Below, in pieces: positions 29,240 through 39,926 of a stretch of DNA of 64,000 nt. Position numbers and translations under genes: made by a program. Origin of the DNA: Thermodesulfobacteriota bacterium (lineage in GTDB: Bacteria > Desulfobacterota_D > UBA1144 > Nemesobacterales > UBA2774); assembly GCA_965223335.1 (NCBI GenBank), contig OZ244991.1:832001-896000 (forward strand), in the 5' to 3' direction. The first letter of the stretch is position 1. Every line of letters begins with the position of its first letter. A model generated the notes under the pieces. It searched no databases. It saw only the letters and a program-made list of their open reading frames with translations, and had not been told where the DNA came from.

Positions 29240-30718
29240 ATGTCGGATGGCAAAATCAGACAATACGGACTGTTTATTGACGGCAAAGAGATCAGCGCCA
29301 AAGACGCTAAAACATATACAAGAGAAAACCCCGCTACGGAACAACCGTTTGCTGAAATAGCCGAGGCCGGAAGAGAAGATATAGGCAAAGCAGTCGAGGC
29401 CGCTAACAGAGCATTTGTGTCCTGGTCAAAACTCACCATCCCCGAGCGTCTAAAACACATAAACAACATAAGGGATATCCTTGTCGAAAACACAGAGAAA
29501 ATCGCACTTACAAACACACTGGAAACAGGGAAACCGCTTAGAGAGAGCAGGCTGGTTGAGGTAGGCGGCTCTGTAAGAACACTTGAATACTACGCAAGTA
29601 TTGCAAACACCATCAAGGGCGAGAGCATCATAGCGTCTGAAAACCAGATCACTGTCACTATAAATGAGCCGATTGGTGTCGTAGCTCACATAATCCCCTG
29701 GAACTTCCCTCTGTTACTTTCGTTTTGGAAGATAGCCCCCGCACTTGTTGCCGGGTGCACAATAGTGCTTAAGCCGGCCGAGTTCACCCCCTGCGGTATT
29801 CTGGAGGTTGCCAAGCTATGCTCCGAGGCCGGGCTCCCCGACGGGGTGCTAAACGTTGTCCCGGGTCTGGGTGAAGTTGCAGGCCAAGCACTCGTGGAAC
29901 ACCCCGATGTTAGCAAGGTTGCATTTACAGGCTCTACAGAGGTCGGAAAACACGTCATGAGAACCGCTGCCACCGACGTAAAGAGGGTATCGCTTGAGCT
30001 CGGGGGTAAGGCCCCCTGTATCATCTATGATGACGCCAACCTGGACAATGCCATAGAAGCCACTCTTAGGGGTGGGTTCTTTAACCAGGGAGAGAACTGT
30101 ACTGCTGTCACACGTCTACTCCTTCACGAAGACATTTACGATAGCTTTCTCGATGCTTATATCGATAGGGTATCAAAGATCAGGATAGGGGACCCGCTCG
30201 AAGACGATACAGAACTCGGTGCACTTATATCGAAAGAACATTTTGACACGGTAAGCAAATATTTTGAAAAAGGGGTAAGCGAGGGTGGGCGGGTGCTCCA
30301 CGGCGGAAAACGCCCAGATCAATTGGATAAAGGCTACTTCTTTGAGCCCACTGTGCTGGCCGATGTCAGCCCCAAAGCAACAATTGCGTGCGAAGAGATA
30401 TTCGGCCCCATAGTAGCAGCAATGCCTTTTAAAACCGAACAAGAGGCAATCGACATAGCCAACGATACCATCTACGGACTTGCTGGCGGTATTTGGACCG
30501 AGAACATCGGCAAAGCACTAAGAACAGCCAAAGCCCTAAAAGCAGGGTACCTTTGGGTAAATACATACGGGGGCATAATCCCCGAGACTCCCTACGGAGG
30601 GTTCAACCAAAGCGGTATCGGCAAAGAACTGGGTGCAGACGGGCTCGGCATGTATCTTGAGACCAAAGCCGTAAATATATTCACCGGCAGCCAAATCCCC
30701 AGCTGGTACAAGGGGTAA
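29240..30718 (+). CDS. NAD(P)-dependent aldehyde dehydrogenase
   Basis: PWNFP, KPAE, FTGS, LELGGK, catalytic Cys in NQGENC, EEIFGP; SD GGAGG before ATG 29240. Confidence 0.93.
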   Translation: MSDGKIRQYGLFIDGKEISAKDAKTYTRENPATEQPFAEIAEAGREDIGKAVEAANRAFVSWSKLTIPERLKHINNIRDILVENTEKIALTNTLETGKPLRESRLVEVGGSVRTLEYYASIANTIKGESIIASENQITVTINEPIGVVAHIIPWNFPLLLSFWKIAPALVAGCTIVLKPAEFTPCGILEVAKLCSEAGLPDGVLNVVPGLGEVAGQALVEHPDVSKVAFTGSTEVGKHVMRTAATDVKRVSLELGGKAPCIIYDDANLDNAIEATLRGGFFNQGENCTAVTRLLLHEDIYDSFLDAYIDRVSKIRIGDPLEDDTELGALISKEHFDTVSKYFEKGVSEGGRVLHGGKRPDQLDKGYFFEPTVLADVSPKATIACEEIFGPIVAAMPFKTEQEAIDIANDTIYGLAGGIWTENIGKALRTAKALKAGYLWVNTYGGIIPETPYGGFNQSGIGKELGADGLGMYLETKAVNIFTGSQIPSWYKG

Positions 30719-30793
30719 ATTTATTCGTCGCTGGAAAGGGCTGTTAATTGTTTGCGAGCCCCAAACTACTCGTTATAAAACTACACTTTAGTA

Positions 30794-31918
30794 ATGACTA
30801 GACCGAAATCCCTTTTATCCCTCATATTAGCAACCACAATATTCCTCATCATGGGATCACTTATCATTGTGATGTTTTTTTGGGGCAAACAGCTCTACAC
30901 CACAGCTTTTATACTATCGCAAGTCGTCCCCGACTCCCCTCAGTTATTCGACGGGCTCAAACATGAATATAAATTTGAGGAGGTTGAATTTAGCCCCCCG
31001 GTCACAGAAACCCTTGAGAGTGGTGAAGACGAAATCCTAGAGGAACATATATTCAGATGGATAGACCTTTATATGCCAACAGATATCTCACGGGTCCCGA
31101 TGGTGGTTGTTATACCAGGGTTCACACCAGAGGGCTCTCGTGACCAGAGGCTCGTTAACTTGGCCACTGCATTCGCACGATCCGGGATCGGTGTAGCTAT
31201 CCCGCGCTCCCCCACAATCAGAAACAGACAGTTCTCTTCCGAGGACATAGAGCGCGTCATAGATACATATAACTATATTGAGTCGCTTGAAAATGTAGCA
31301 CAAGATCGAATCGGAATAATCGGATTTTCTATCGGCGGCTCCTACGCTTTAGTATCCGCCTCTAAGCTGGGTGCTAAGCCCCTATTTGTGCTATCCCTGG
31401 GGGGATACTACGATTTAACTGACTTTTTTGCCGAGATTATATCTAATGAGGCCCGGATCGGTGATGACACCCGCCCTTGGACCCCCGACAATCTCTCCGT
31501 GGAATTAGCAGGCAAGGTAGTAAAAGCACAGTTGTTAGAGTCTGATGCCAACTCCGTCCTCAACGGTAAACACTCTTTTATTGATGCCAAAAAGATTACT
31601 GAATCATTCGGTAACGATTTCCATACACTTGCCTCGGCAATGTCCCCCTCAAACTCTCTAGACTCTATCAAGACCGATGTTTTCATTTTCCACGACGAAT
31701 CAGACAACATAATCCCTGTCGAGGAATCGCGCAAATTGCGCAGCGCTCTGCCGAGCGTGATAAACATTAATTACGCGGAATTCTCAAACTTCCGCCATGC
31801 TACTCCTCTTACGCTTATCAGCACCGACATCCCGCTATTGTTCCGAAAGCTCCTCGGTGCTATTAATCTGCTCTTGAGACCCGAGAAGACCAACCCCAAG
31901 ACCGCACCCTCTAACTGA
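30794..31918 (+). CDS. Membrane-anchored alpha/beta hydrolase
   Basis: N-terminal TM, GFSIGG nucleophile elbow, HDESDNIIP, late His. Confidence 0.7.
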   Translation: MTRPKSLLSLILATTIFLIMGSLIIVMFFWGKQLYTTAFILSQVVPDSPQLFDGLKHEYKFEEVEFSPPVTETLESGEDEILEEHIFRWIDLYMPTDISRVPMVVVIPGFTPEGSRDQRLVNLATAFARSGIGVAIPRSPTIRNRQFSSEDIERVIDTYNYIESLENVAQDRIGIIGFSIGGSYALVSASKLGAKPLFVLSLGGYYDLTDFFAEIISNEARIGDDTRPWTPDNLSVELAGKVVKAQLLESDANSVLNGKHSFIDAKKITESFGNDFHTLASAMSPSNSLDSIKTDVFIFHDESDNIIPVEESRKLRSALPSVININYAEFSNFRHATPLTLISTDIPLLFRKLLGAINLLLRPEKTNPKTAPSN

Positions 31919-32026
31919 TTCTGAAAAAATTCGTTATCTATCTGTTACAACTTGAATTATAGATTATCTATTTTATAATACCTTGATTTTACATCGGGTC
32001 GTTTAACCAAATTTCTAGCAAGGAAT

Positions 32027-32968
32027 ATGGATAATACAAAAATTTTCTGCGGCACATCAAATGCGCCGCTCGCAAAAGCTATATGTAAGTACCTGGACGT
32101 GGATCTCGGCAAGTCGGAAACAAGGCGTTTCAGCGACGGAGAGATATCGGCCGAGGTATCCGAGAGCGTGAGAGGTTCACATGCCTTTGTGATCCAGTCC
32201 ACCTCGCCCCCGGGAAACGAACATATAATGGAGCTACTTATAATCGCCGATGCGCTAAAGAGGGCTTCCGCACGCGCTATCACAGCTGTCGTCCCCTACT
32301 ACGGTTACGCCCGTCAAGACAGAAAAGTCCAACCCCGAGCACCCATCACTGCAAAACTCGTGGCAGACCTCATATCCACGGCCGGCATTGGGCGCGTGGT
32401 CACCGTAGACCTCCACGCCGGACAGATTCAAGGGTTTTTCAACATCCCAGTCGATCATGTTTATGCAACCCCCATATTTATCAAGTACATCAAAAACAAG
32501 TTTGATCACAACAACATAGTGATCGTTTCACCTGATGCCGGTGGGATGGAAAGAGCAAGATCTTACGCAAAGATTCTAGACTCGGGCCTTGCAATGACCG
32601 ATAAACGGAGACCCAACCCCAACCAAGCGGAAATAATGAATGTTATAGGAGATGTAGAGGGTAAACACGTAATATTGGTAGACGACCTGGTGGACACTGC
32701 CGGCACAGCCATACAGGCTGCCAAGGCGCTTGAGCGCGAGGGGGCTGTGGGCGTTACACTATGCTGTACACATGGTGTGTTATCAGGCAGTGCGATCGAG
32801 AGAATAAACGAATCTTCGATCGAGGAAGTAATAATTACGGATACTATACAACCGTTGAACACAACCCTTGATTGCGAAAAAATAAACGTACTCACCATAG
32901 CAGACCTACTGGGAGAGGCTATAAAGCGGATTGCTACAGGTGAATCAATAAGTGCATTATTCAATTAA
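32027..32968 (+). CDS. prs: Ribose-phosphate pyrophosphokinase
   Basis: FSDGE, YYGYARQDRK, DLHAGQIQGFF, SPDAGG, VDDLVDTAGT. Confidence 0.97.
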   Translation: MDNTKIFCGTSNAPLAKAICKYLDVDLGKSETRRFSDGEISAEVSESVRGSHAFVIQSTSPPGNEHIMELLIIADALKRASARAITAVVPYYGYARQDRKVQPRAPITAKLVADLISTAGIGRVVTVDLHAGQIQGFFNIPVDHVYATPIFIKYIKNKFDHNNIVIVSPDAGGMERARSYAKILDSGLAMTDKRRPNPNQAEIMNVIGDVEGKHVILVDDLVDTAGTAIQAAKALEREGAVGVTLCCTHGVLSGSAIERINESSIEEVIITDTIQPLNTTLDCEKINVLTIADLLGEAIKRIATGESISALFN

Positions 32969-32996
32969 ACGAAAAAGAAGTAAGGAGTAAGAACAG

Positions 32997-33683
32997 ATGG
33001 CACAAAGTACATTGGTAGTCACAAGACGAAAAAGGATGGGGAAAAGCGGGGCGAAACAGATCAGGAACGAAGGCAACGTCCCTGCGGTACTGTACGGCAA
33101 GGATACTGAACCCATCGCTTTGGTAATAAACCCCACAGAGCTTAAAACCGCACTATCCACTGAGGCCGGGGAAAACACCCTACTCGATATTCAGATCAAA
33201 GACGACGATAAAAACAAGGGCAAACTCTCGTTGCTAAGAGACATACAGTACGACTATATATCGAGCAAGCCTATTCACTTTGATTTCCAAGCGCTCGACA
33301 TGAAACAAAATATAAGCGTGAATGTGCCTGTAAACATCACCGGGCGCGCACAAGGGGTAAAAGAGGGCGGTATTCTGGAGGAACTATTACGCGAGATTCA
33401 TATCTCTTGTCTACCCAACGCTATACCCAACTCATTCGAACTGGATGTAACTGATTTGGACATAGGCGGTTCAATCAGCATAAGTGATCTCGAAGTAGAC
33501 GAGGGGATTTCGGTATTGCATGGTGATTTAGACACAATCGTAGCTGTGCGTGCGCCTAAGGCCGAGGTTGTAGAGGCTGAGGAGGAAGAGGGAGAAGAAG
33601 GCGAAGAAGGCGCTGAGGGTGAAGAAGGTGCAGAGGGCGAAGGCACAGATGAACAAGCAAAAGAGGAAGGTGGCGAGGAATAG
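32997..33683 (+). CDS. rplY: 50S ribosomal protein bL25 (Ctc type) with acidic tail
   Basis: GKSGAKQIR, VPAVLYG, IHFDF, GVKEGG; prs-rplY-pth synteny. Confidence 0.95.
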   Translation: MAQSTLVVTRRKRMGKSGAKQIRNEGNVPAVLYGKDTEPIALVINPTELKTALSTEAGENTLLDIQIKDDDKNKGKLSLLRDIQYDYISSKPIHFDFQALDMKQNISVNVPVNITGRAQGVKEGGILEELLREIHISCLPNAIPNSFELDVTDLDIGGSISISDLEVDEGISVLHGDLDTIVAVRAPKAEVVEAEEEEGEEGEEGAEGEEGAEGEGTDEQAKEEGGEE

Positions 33684-33691
33684 ATAAAAGA

Positions 33692-34309
33692 GTGGTCCTG
33701 GTAGCGGGTCTTGGAAACCCCGGCGATAAGTACAAAGATACCAGGCATAACGTAGGCTTCACCGTAATAGATATACTCAGTGAACGGTTTCATTGCGATA
33801 GCACCAAACAACGCTTTAAAGGCATATTCGGCGAAGCCAACAAAGACGAGATCAAGATACTGCTCCTAAAACCGATGACTTACATGAACAATAGTGGAGA
33901 ATCAGTCGCAAGTGCTTGTAATTACTATCGTGTAGACTCCCGCGACCTAATTGTGGTACACGATGAGATGGACCTGCCGCTAAATAGAATTCGGGTAAAG
34001 CAGGGCGGGGGGAGTGCCGGACATAACGGTATTAAGTCCATTGTACGCATGCTTGGCACCGACGACTTTGCAAGGGTGCGGATCGGTATAGGCAAACCGA
34101 CAGACACAACCGGTACGGTAAGCCATGTGCTCTCGGGATTTAACATAGAGGAGGCAAAGCAGCTCGAGACCATAGTCGAGAGATCTGCCGATGCCGTCCA
34201 AGAGATTATTGAAAACGGTGTCGAGAGTGCGATGAATATATACAATCAGAGAGAAAAAGTAGATGAACCCAATAATGAAAAACAGGAGAACCATATAAAG
34301 GAGGTTTAA
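33692..34309 (+). CDS. pth: Peptidyl-tRNA hydrolase
   Basis: [35 protein letters not shown]. Confidence 0.97.
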   Translation: MVLVAGLGNPGDKYKDTRHNVGFTVIDILSERFHCDSTKQRFKGIFGEANKDEIKILLLKPMTYMNNSGESVASACNYYRVDSRDLIVVHDEMDLPLNRIRVKQGGGSAGHNGIKSIVRMLGTDDFARVRIGIGKPTDTTGTVSHVLSGFNIEEAKQLETIVERSADAVQEIIENGVESAMNIYNQREKVDEPNNEKQENHIKEV

Positions 34310-34313
34310 TCAG

Positions 34314-36356
34314 ATGGGTGAAGTTATTGCAGCACTCTTCGGGGTGATATTAGGAATCGTGGTACTGGGGTATGCGTACCTGGTATATAGGGAAATCAAA
34401 GGACTCCCTGAAGGAAACGACAAGATGAGAGAGATCTCAGCAGCAATCCAAGAGGGGGCAATGGTATTCCTTCACAGGGAATATAAAATCATAGCGATCT
34501 TCGTGTTTATTGTTTTTATCCTACTTGGAGTATTCATAGACTGGAGAGCGGCCATTGCGTATTTGGGCGGCGCGCTTTGTTCTACAATGGCAGGGTACTT
34601 CGGCATGAAGTCCGCGACCAAGGCCAATGTAAGGACAGCACAGGCGGCTGCTACAGAGGGGCAGGGACAGGCACTCTCAGTTGCATTTAAGGGTGGCAAT
34701 GTTATGGGGCTCTCGGTAGCCGGGCTTGGATTGCTTGGGCTATCGGTAGCATTCGCGTTCGGTATCGGTATCCCTGAGAACCCCACCGACGCCACCGGCC
34801 TAACGGCGTTTGCTGTGGACTTTGCCGAGATCATCGGCGGGTTTGCAATGGGTGCAAGCTCTGTGGCACTATTTGCCAGGATCGGCGGAGGTATCTACAC
34901 AAAGGCTGCGGATGTCGGAGCCGACCTCGTGGGTAAAGTCGAAGCGGGCATCCCCGAAGACGACCCTAGAAACCCGGCCACGATTGCCGACAACGTAGGC
35001 GACAACGTTGGTGACGTTGCTGGCATGGGTGCAGACCTATTCGAATCCTATGTGGGTGCCGTGATCGCAACAATAGTTATAGCAGCGGGCATGGGAACCA
35101 ATATCATCTCACTCATGTCCATACCGATCATACTGATTGCACTGGGGAGTTTCTGCTCTATTATCGGTGCCAAGAGTGTGGACTGGTGGAAAGACAGCGA
35201 GCCACAGATGGTGCTTAGGAGAGCCACATTTACCGCAGGCGGGATCTATATCGCAGCCTCATTGGTAGTGCTCTTAATCGTCGGGCTTGTAGACGGCCTA
35301 GGCGGTAGCATCATAAGAATCTGGCTTGCATCTGTGTTAGGGCTCTTAGCAGGTGTGGTAATAGGACTTTTAACCGAGCACTACACGTCTGGATCACCGG
35401 TTAAAAAGATTGCAGAGGCCTCGCAAACAGGGGTGGCTACAAACATCATTGAAGGTATGGCAGTGGGTATGATCAGCACCACGCTGCCTGTAATCACCAT
35501 TGCAATAGCAATCGGCGTTTCATTTGCATTCGCCGGTCTATACGGCATAGGGATAGCGGCAGTAAGTATGTTGGCCACTATCGGTATTACAATGTCGGTG
35601 GATGCATACGGGCCTGTGGCGGATAACGCAGGCGGTATTACAGAGATGTCCGAGCTTGGCGAAGACGTAAGAAAAATTACCGACAAACTCGATTCACTAG
35701 GAAACACCACAGCGGCAATCGGAAAAGGATTTGCCATCGGCTCGGCAGCACTCGCAGCCCTAGCCCTATTCGCTGCCTATACAAAGGCCGTTGGACTCGA
35801 GTCAATAGACCTCACCAAGAGCAAGGTTGTAATAGGCATGCTCCTGGGTGGAACAATACCGTTTCTGCTAGGTGCCCTTACAATGGGCTCTGTGGGCAGG
35901 ACAGCTCAAAAAATGGTAGAAGAGGTAAGAAGGCAGTTTAAAGACATACCCGGGCTCCTTGAAGGAGAGGCAAAACCCGACTATGCAACATGTGTAAGTA
36001 TAAGCACCGATGCATCGCTTAAGGAGATGATCATCCCCGGTATTATCGCGATTATTGCACCGTTGGTAATCGGGTTTATTCTAAGCGCCGAGGGCCTGGG
36101 AGGGTTTTTGGCCGGCGCCATTATCTCGGGTGTTATGCTTGCACTCATGATGGCCAACGCCGGTGGTGCATGGGACAATGCCAAAAAGTTTATCGAAGAG
36201 GGCAACCTCGGCGGCAAGGGTTCCGATGCTCATAAAGCAGCGGTTGTAGGTGATACAGTAGGTGACCCGTTTAAAGATACATCGGGTCCTGCAATGAACA
36301 TTCTAATCAAATTAATGTCCATCGTATCACTGGTAATTGCCCCGTTACTCATATAA
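34314..36356 (+). CDS. hppA: Membrane-bound K+-dependent (probably Na+-translocating) pyrophosphatase
   Basis: [48 protein letters not shown]. Confidence 0.95.
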   Translation: MGEVIAALFGVILGIVVLGYAYLVYREIKGLPEGNDKMREISAAIQEGAMVFLHREYKIIAIFVFIVFILLGVFIDWRAAIAYLGGALCSTMAGYFGMKSATKANVRTAQAAATEGQGQALSVAFKGGNVMGLSVAGLGLLGLSVAFAFGIGIPENPTDATGLTAFAVDFAEIIGGFAMGASSVALFARIGGGIYTKAADVGADLVGKVEAGIPEDDPRNPATIADNVGDNVGDVAGMGADLFESYVGAVIATIVIAAGMGTNIISLMSIPIILIALGSFCSIIGAKSVDWWKDSEPQMVLRRATFTAGGIYIAASLVVLLIVGLVDGLGGSIIRIWLASVLGLLAGVVIGLLTEHYTSGSPVKKIAEASQTGVATNIIEGMAVGMISTTLPVITIAIAIGVSFAFAGLYGIGIAAVSMLATIGITMSVDAYGPVADNAGGITEMSELGEDVRKITDKLDSLGNTTAAIGKGFAIGSAALAALALFAAYTKAVGLESIDLTKSKVVIGMLLGGTIPFLLGALTMGSVGRTAQKMVEEVRRQFKDIPGLLEGEAKPDYATCVSISTDASLKEMIIPGIIAIIAPLVIGFILSAEGLGGFLAGAIISGVMLALMMANAGGAWDNAKKFIEEGNLGGKGSDAHKAAVVGDTVGDPFKDTSGPAMNILIKLMSIVSLVIAPLLI

Positions 36357-36373
36357 AATAACAATGATTTGTG

Positions 36374-36402
36374 GTGCGGTACTGCATATAGCGGTACCGC
36401 AC
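36374..36402 (+). terminator. Stem-loop downstream of hppA (possible terminator)
   Basis: GTGCGGTACTGC-ATATA-GCGGTACCGCAC hairpin followed by TGATTTAT. Confidence 0.55.
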
Positions 36403-36437
36403 TGATTTATAAAAATGTTTATGTAACAAACCTTAGA

Positions 36438-36497
36438 TCGTGTCGCTCTGGATATACTCCCAATATACTCCAGGGCCATCAGACCAAGACAGGAGGT
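36438..36497 (+). promoter_or_regulatory. Putative S6:S18 ribosomal-protein leader RNA
   Basis: GCTCTGGA...TCCAGGGC hairpin, CCA/GACC internal loop, and TGTC/GACA stem abutting the AGGAGG SD of rpsF. Confidence 0.55.
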
Positions 36498-36504
36498 AGT
36501 ACCA

Positions 36505-37113
36505 ATGGGATCAATTCCTAGCTTTTACGAAACACTTTATATCACTCGGCCCGACATCCAGTCGGACGAGCTCGAAACCATCCAGAAAAAACTTGACGAA
36601 GCCATTATCTCGAATAGTGGAGAGATTCTTAAATCAGATAAATGGGCCGAGCGCGACCTGGCATATGAGATCAACAAACACACCAAGGGTGTTTACTACA
36701 TCATGATTTTCCAGGCACTGCCCCAGGTGGTTGCAGACATGGAAAAGCATCTGAGCTTTTATAAAAACGATATTTTGAGGTTTATGACTGTTAAGATCAA
36801 AGAAGAGGTCGCTCGCAGGGAAAGTGCTGTAGAAGAGGAAAAGGTCGAGGAGAAAACAGAGGAGAAGGCTAAGGATCAGGTGCAAGCACCAGAGACCCAA
36901 GCTCCGCAACCACAAACACAGCCAGAAGCGCAATCTGCAGAGCCTGCGGCTTCTGAGGAAGAAGCAAAACCACAAGAACAACCAACAGAACCGCCACCTG
37001 CGGAGCCAGAAGTAAAAGCAGAAGCGCAATCAAGTGAACCCGAGGCCGTGGAGGAATCTACCCCCGCACCTGAGACTACAACAACAGACCCTGAAGAAGG
37101 AGGGGCTCAATAA
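36505..37113 (+). CDS. rpsF: 30S ribosomal protein bS6 with long acidic/Pro-rich C-terminal extension
   Basis: [30 protein letters not shown]; about 100 extra residues at the C-terminus. Confidence 0.93.
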   Translation: MGSIPSFYETLYITRPDIQSDELETIQKKLDEAIISNSGEILKSDKWAERDLAYEINKHTKGVYYIMIFQALPQVVADMEKHLSFYKNDILRFMTVKIKEEVARRESAVEEEKVEEKTEEKAKDQVQAPETQAPQPQTQPEAQSAEPAASEEEAKPQEQPTEPPPAEPEVKAEAQSSEPEAVEESTPAPETTTTDPEEGGAQ

Positions 37114-37349
37114 TGGAAACAAGAAGAGACAGAAGATCATTTACTAAAAAGAAAGTGTGCAGGTTCTGTACCGAACCGATCGAGATGGACTACAAAAACA
37201 CAGACCTGCTGCGTAGATTTATTACAGACAGAAAAAAAATAGTACCTAGGAGAAATTCCGGGTTATGCGCTTTTCATCAGAGGAAACTTGCCGCCACACT
37301 AAAGAGAGCGCGTTTCATGGCACTTTTCCCCTACACTGTACTGCATTAA
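37113..37349 (+). CDS. rpsR: 30S ribosomal protein bS18
   Basis: [28 protein letters not shown]. Confidence 0.96.
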   Translation: METRRDRRSFTKKKVCRFCTEPIEMDYKNTDLLRRFITDRKKIVPRRNSGLCAFHQRKLAATLKRARFMALFPYTVLH

Positions 37350-37397
37350 ACAAATACCATTTGTGTATGTAACAAAGCACTGCGGAGGTATCTAGAA

Positions 37398-37940
37398 ATG
37401 AAAGTAATATTCACGGCCGACGTCGATAAACTGGGTAGAATAGGTGAGATCAAAGAGGTTAAAAACGGTCTGGCCCGAAACTACCTGCTTCCCCAAAAAC
37501 TTGCGATCAAAGCAACCGCTGGCAACCTAAAACTGTGGGAGCAAAAGAGCAAAAAGATCCTAGCGAAAGAAGAGGCCGTGCGCGGCGAGGCCGAGAAACT
37601 GGCAGCTAAGGTAAACGGTACAAAATGCACTTTCCCTGTTAAGGTCGGGGAAGAAGATAAAATCTTTGGCTCTATCACCGCACAAAACATATCCGATGAA
37701 CTAGCCAAGCAGGGTCTTGAAATATCCAGAAAGGATATCGAGCTCGAGAGCCCTCTAAAGACCGTCGGCACACACGATATAACAGTTAAGTTGCATAGGG
37801 ACGTGACAGCCGGAATTGTAGTCGAACTGATCGGAGAGAATTCAGAACCCGAAAATAATACAGCCGAAACACCAGAAGCAGTAGATACACAGGAAGAACC
37901 GGCTGAAGAAATTACTGAAGAAAATACAGAAACAGAATAA
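37398..37940 (+). CDS. rplI: 50S ribosomal protein bL9
   Basis: MKVIF, VKNGLARNYLLP, FGSIT; acidic tail. Confidence 0.96.
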   Translation: MKVIFTADVDKLGRIGEIKEVKNGLARNYLLPQKLAIKATAGNLKLWEQKSKKILAKEEAVRGEAEKLAAKVNGTKCTFPVKVGEEDKIFGSITAQNISDELAKQGLEISRKDIELESPLKTVGTHDITVKLHRDVTAGIVVELIGENSEPENNTAETPEAVDTQEEPAEEITEENTETE

Positions 37941-37970
37941 ACGGTAATTACTCTGAAACGGCTTATAAAC

Positions 37971-38006
37971 CTATAGCACCCGCTCTCTGCTCAAGCAGTG
38001 CTATAG
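37971..38006. terminator. Inverted repeat between convergent rplI and the downstream gene
   Basis: CTATAGCAC...GTGCTATAG. Confidence 0.45.
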
Positions 38007-38036
38007 TCATAATTTAAATTCCACTAGATAGATTCA

Positions 38037-38879
38037 CTAACCGCCGGGGTTGGCTTCGACCATCTGTTGCAGCGATACCTTTTTGTAACCGGGAGGGGGT
38101 ACGAATGACTGGGCACCTATGTCTTTCCTCACTACCCTGGTTACCTCTTCTACTATGGTCGTACCATCAGGGTAGATATCGAGTGTTCTTAGAGGAAAAC
38201 CGGAACTGTAAATCTCCTTATAGACCTCAAGCTCTTTGTTTGTAATAGTGTTGGAGCTGCCGAATCTCTCAACGCTTTTTCTAAGCTCGCTCATATACTC
38301 GGACATCTTCTCCATATCGATCTCTTGGCCAAACCCCACCTCCTCACTGGTCCAAATCTCTTGCTTTAGTACCCCGCCCCTGAATATTTCGTATTTGGAA
38401 GACTCATAGCCGGCTATCTTTGTTTTATTCCCCGGTTTGTTCATAGATATCTTGGCCGGTTTAGCATTATCCGATATATCCACACCCTTGTCTTTCATCA
38501 TCTTCTCTACCTCTGCCCGTTTATCGGGGGGCAGTTCTTTTAACTGTCGTTTCATCTCTTCTTTCTTTCTCTCTGCAAACTGCTCAAAGTACCGCACATA
38601 ATCCTCGACCGTAGCAATTGAGTAGGTCTTGTTTTTATTGTCGATCTGTATCATTTCCCCAGTGTCCAGGTTAAACACCGCGGCAGACTGTCCAATAGGG
38701 TCTTCGAATTTCACCTTGTTGTTTTCCATATATATTGTGCCCTGGAGTTTCTCGGGCTTGCCCTTTACATAGCGCTCCTGGTTCATGATCAGACCCGCTT
38801 CGGCCGAAATTGCGCTTAGTAAATAGAAGGAACTAAATATCAAGACGAGTACAAAAAACGATCTGTTAAAACTTTTCAT
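38037..38879 (-). CDS. Secreted DUF4412-like protein
   Basis: Signal peptide AEA, KIAGYESSKYEI, EIW, GFPLR, FVPPPGYKKV. Confidence 0.65.
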   Translation of the reverse strand: MKSFNRSFFVLVLIFSSFYLLSAISAEAGLIMNQERYVKGKPEKLQGTIYMENNKVKFEDPIGQSAAVFNLDTGEMIQIDNKNKTYSIATVEDYVRYFEQFAERKKEEMKRQLKELPPDKRAEVEKMMKDKGVDISDNAKPAKISMNKPGNKTKIAGYESSKYEIFRGGVLKQEIWTSEEVGFGQEIDMEKMSEYMSELRKSVERFGSSNTITNKELEVYKEIYSSGFPLRTLDIYPDGTTIVEEVTRVVRKDIGAQSFVPPPGYKKVSLQQMVEANPGG

Positions 38880-39077
38880 TATAAATAATCCTCCGCGAAT
38901 TCTTGTGATTCGTAGTCCCCGTACCGAAAAATAGGGTAACTTATAAACCTGGGATTGACCAGTTAAAAAATTCCTGTGTGTAAGTCGCTTATCGGTGGTT
39001 CAGCTCTATTGACGACCATCGAAACTGTGATAGAGTAAACTGGTCGTTGCAGTTATTAAACGGAGGTGTTTTTCTTT

Positions 39078-39899
39078 ATGTCTGAGATCAATTCAAAGTT
39101 TGCGCCGGTTGGGGAAAAAGAGGTTACCAGGGCTATCGTCGAGGGTTTTGCCGAAGAGTTTAACGAGTACATATCGAGTGATGTGATAATCGTGGGCGCG
39201 GGGCCAAGTGGACTCGTAGCCGCAAAAGACCTTGCAAAAAAGAAATACAAAGTACTGCTTGTAGAAAGGATGAACTATCTTGGCGGCGGGTTTTGGATTG
39301 GCGGGTACCTCATGAATAAGGTTACTGTCAGAGACCCCGGCCACACCGTATTAGACGAGATCGAGGTCCCGTATGAAGAGGTGTCCGAGGGGCTGTACGT
39401 GGCGGACGGTCCCTATGCATGCTCAAAGCTCATAGCCATGACCTGCGAGGCGGGGGCAAAGATAAGGAACATGACCATGTTCGACGACCTTGTGTACAGG
39501 GAAAACGGCAGAGTAGCCGGAGTGGTTATAAACTGGACCCCAATTGCAAACATGCCCAAGGAGATCACATGCCTTGACCCGATTGCAATAGAATCAAAAC
39601 TGTGCATTGATGCAACGGGCCACGACGCCTACCTGGTCTCACGTCTATCCCAGCAGGGGCTTTACAAGAAACTCCCCGGCCATGGGTCTATGTGGGTAGA
39701 AAAATCCGAAGAGGCCCTTGTCGAGTACACGGGCGAGATTCATCCCGGCCTACTTGTATGCGGGATGGCTGTAAACACCACATTCGGGTTGCCGAGGATG
39801 GGACCCACGTTTGGTGGGATGCTGCTCTCGGGTAAGAAAGTTGCCCAGGAAGCCATCAAAATACTCGAAAGCCAGGAACAAGAGCAAGCCCGAGCCTAA
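39078..39899 (+). CDS. thi4: Thiazole synthase THI4 (Cys-type)
   Basis: [44 protein letters not shown]. Confidence 0.93.
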   Translation: MSEINSKFAPVGEKEVTRAIVEGFAEEFNEYISSDVIIVGAGPSGLVAAKDLAKKKYKVLLVERMNYLGGGFWIGGYLMNKVTVRDPGHTVLDEIEVPYEEVSEGLYVADGPYACSKLIAMTCEAGAKIRNMTMFDDLVYRENGRVAGVVINWTPIANMPKEITCLDPIAIESKLCIDATGHDAYLVSRLSQQGLYKKLPGHGSMWVEKSEEALVEYTGEIHPGLLVCGMAVNTTFGLPRMGPTFGGMLLSGKKVAQEAIKILESQEQEQARA

Positions 39900-39926
39900 C
39901 TGCCTCCTAACACATAAAATCTAAAA

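Noticed and set aside
33575..33683. GAAGAAGG-type tandem repeats
   Set aside because: They encode the Glu/Gly tail of bL25; not a CRISPR array or independent repeat.
38880..39077. TPP riboswitch upstream of thi4
   Set aside because: No CTGAGA or other conserved TPP aptamer core seen; only a promoter-like TTGACG...TAGAGT with a short ACGACCA/TGGTCGT repeat.
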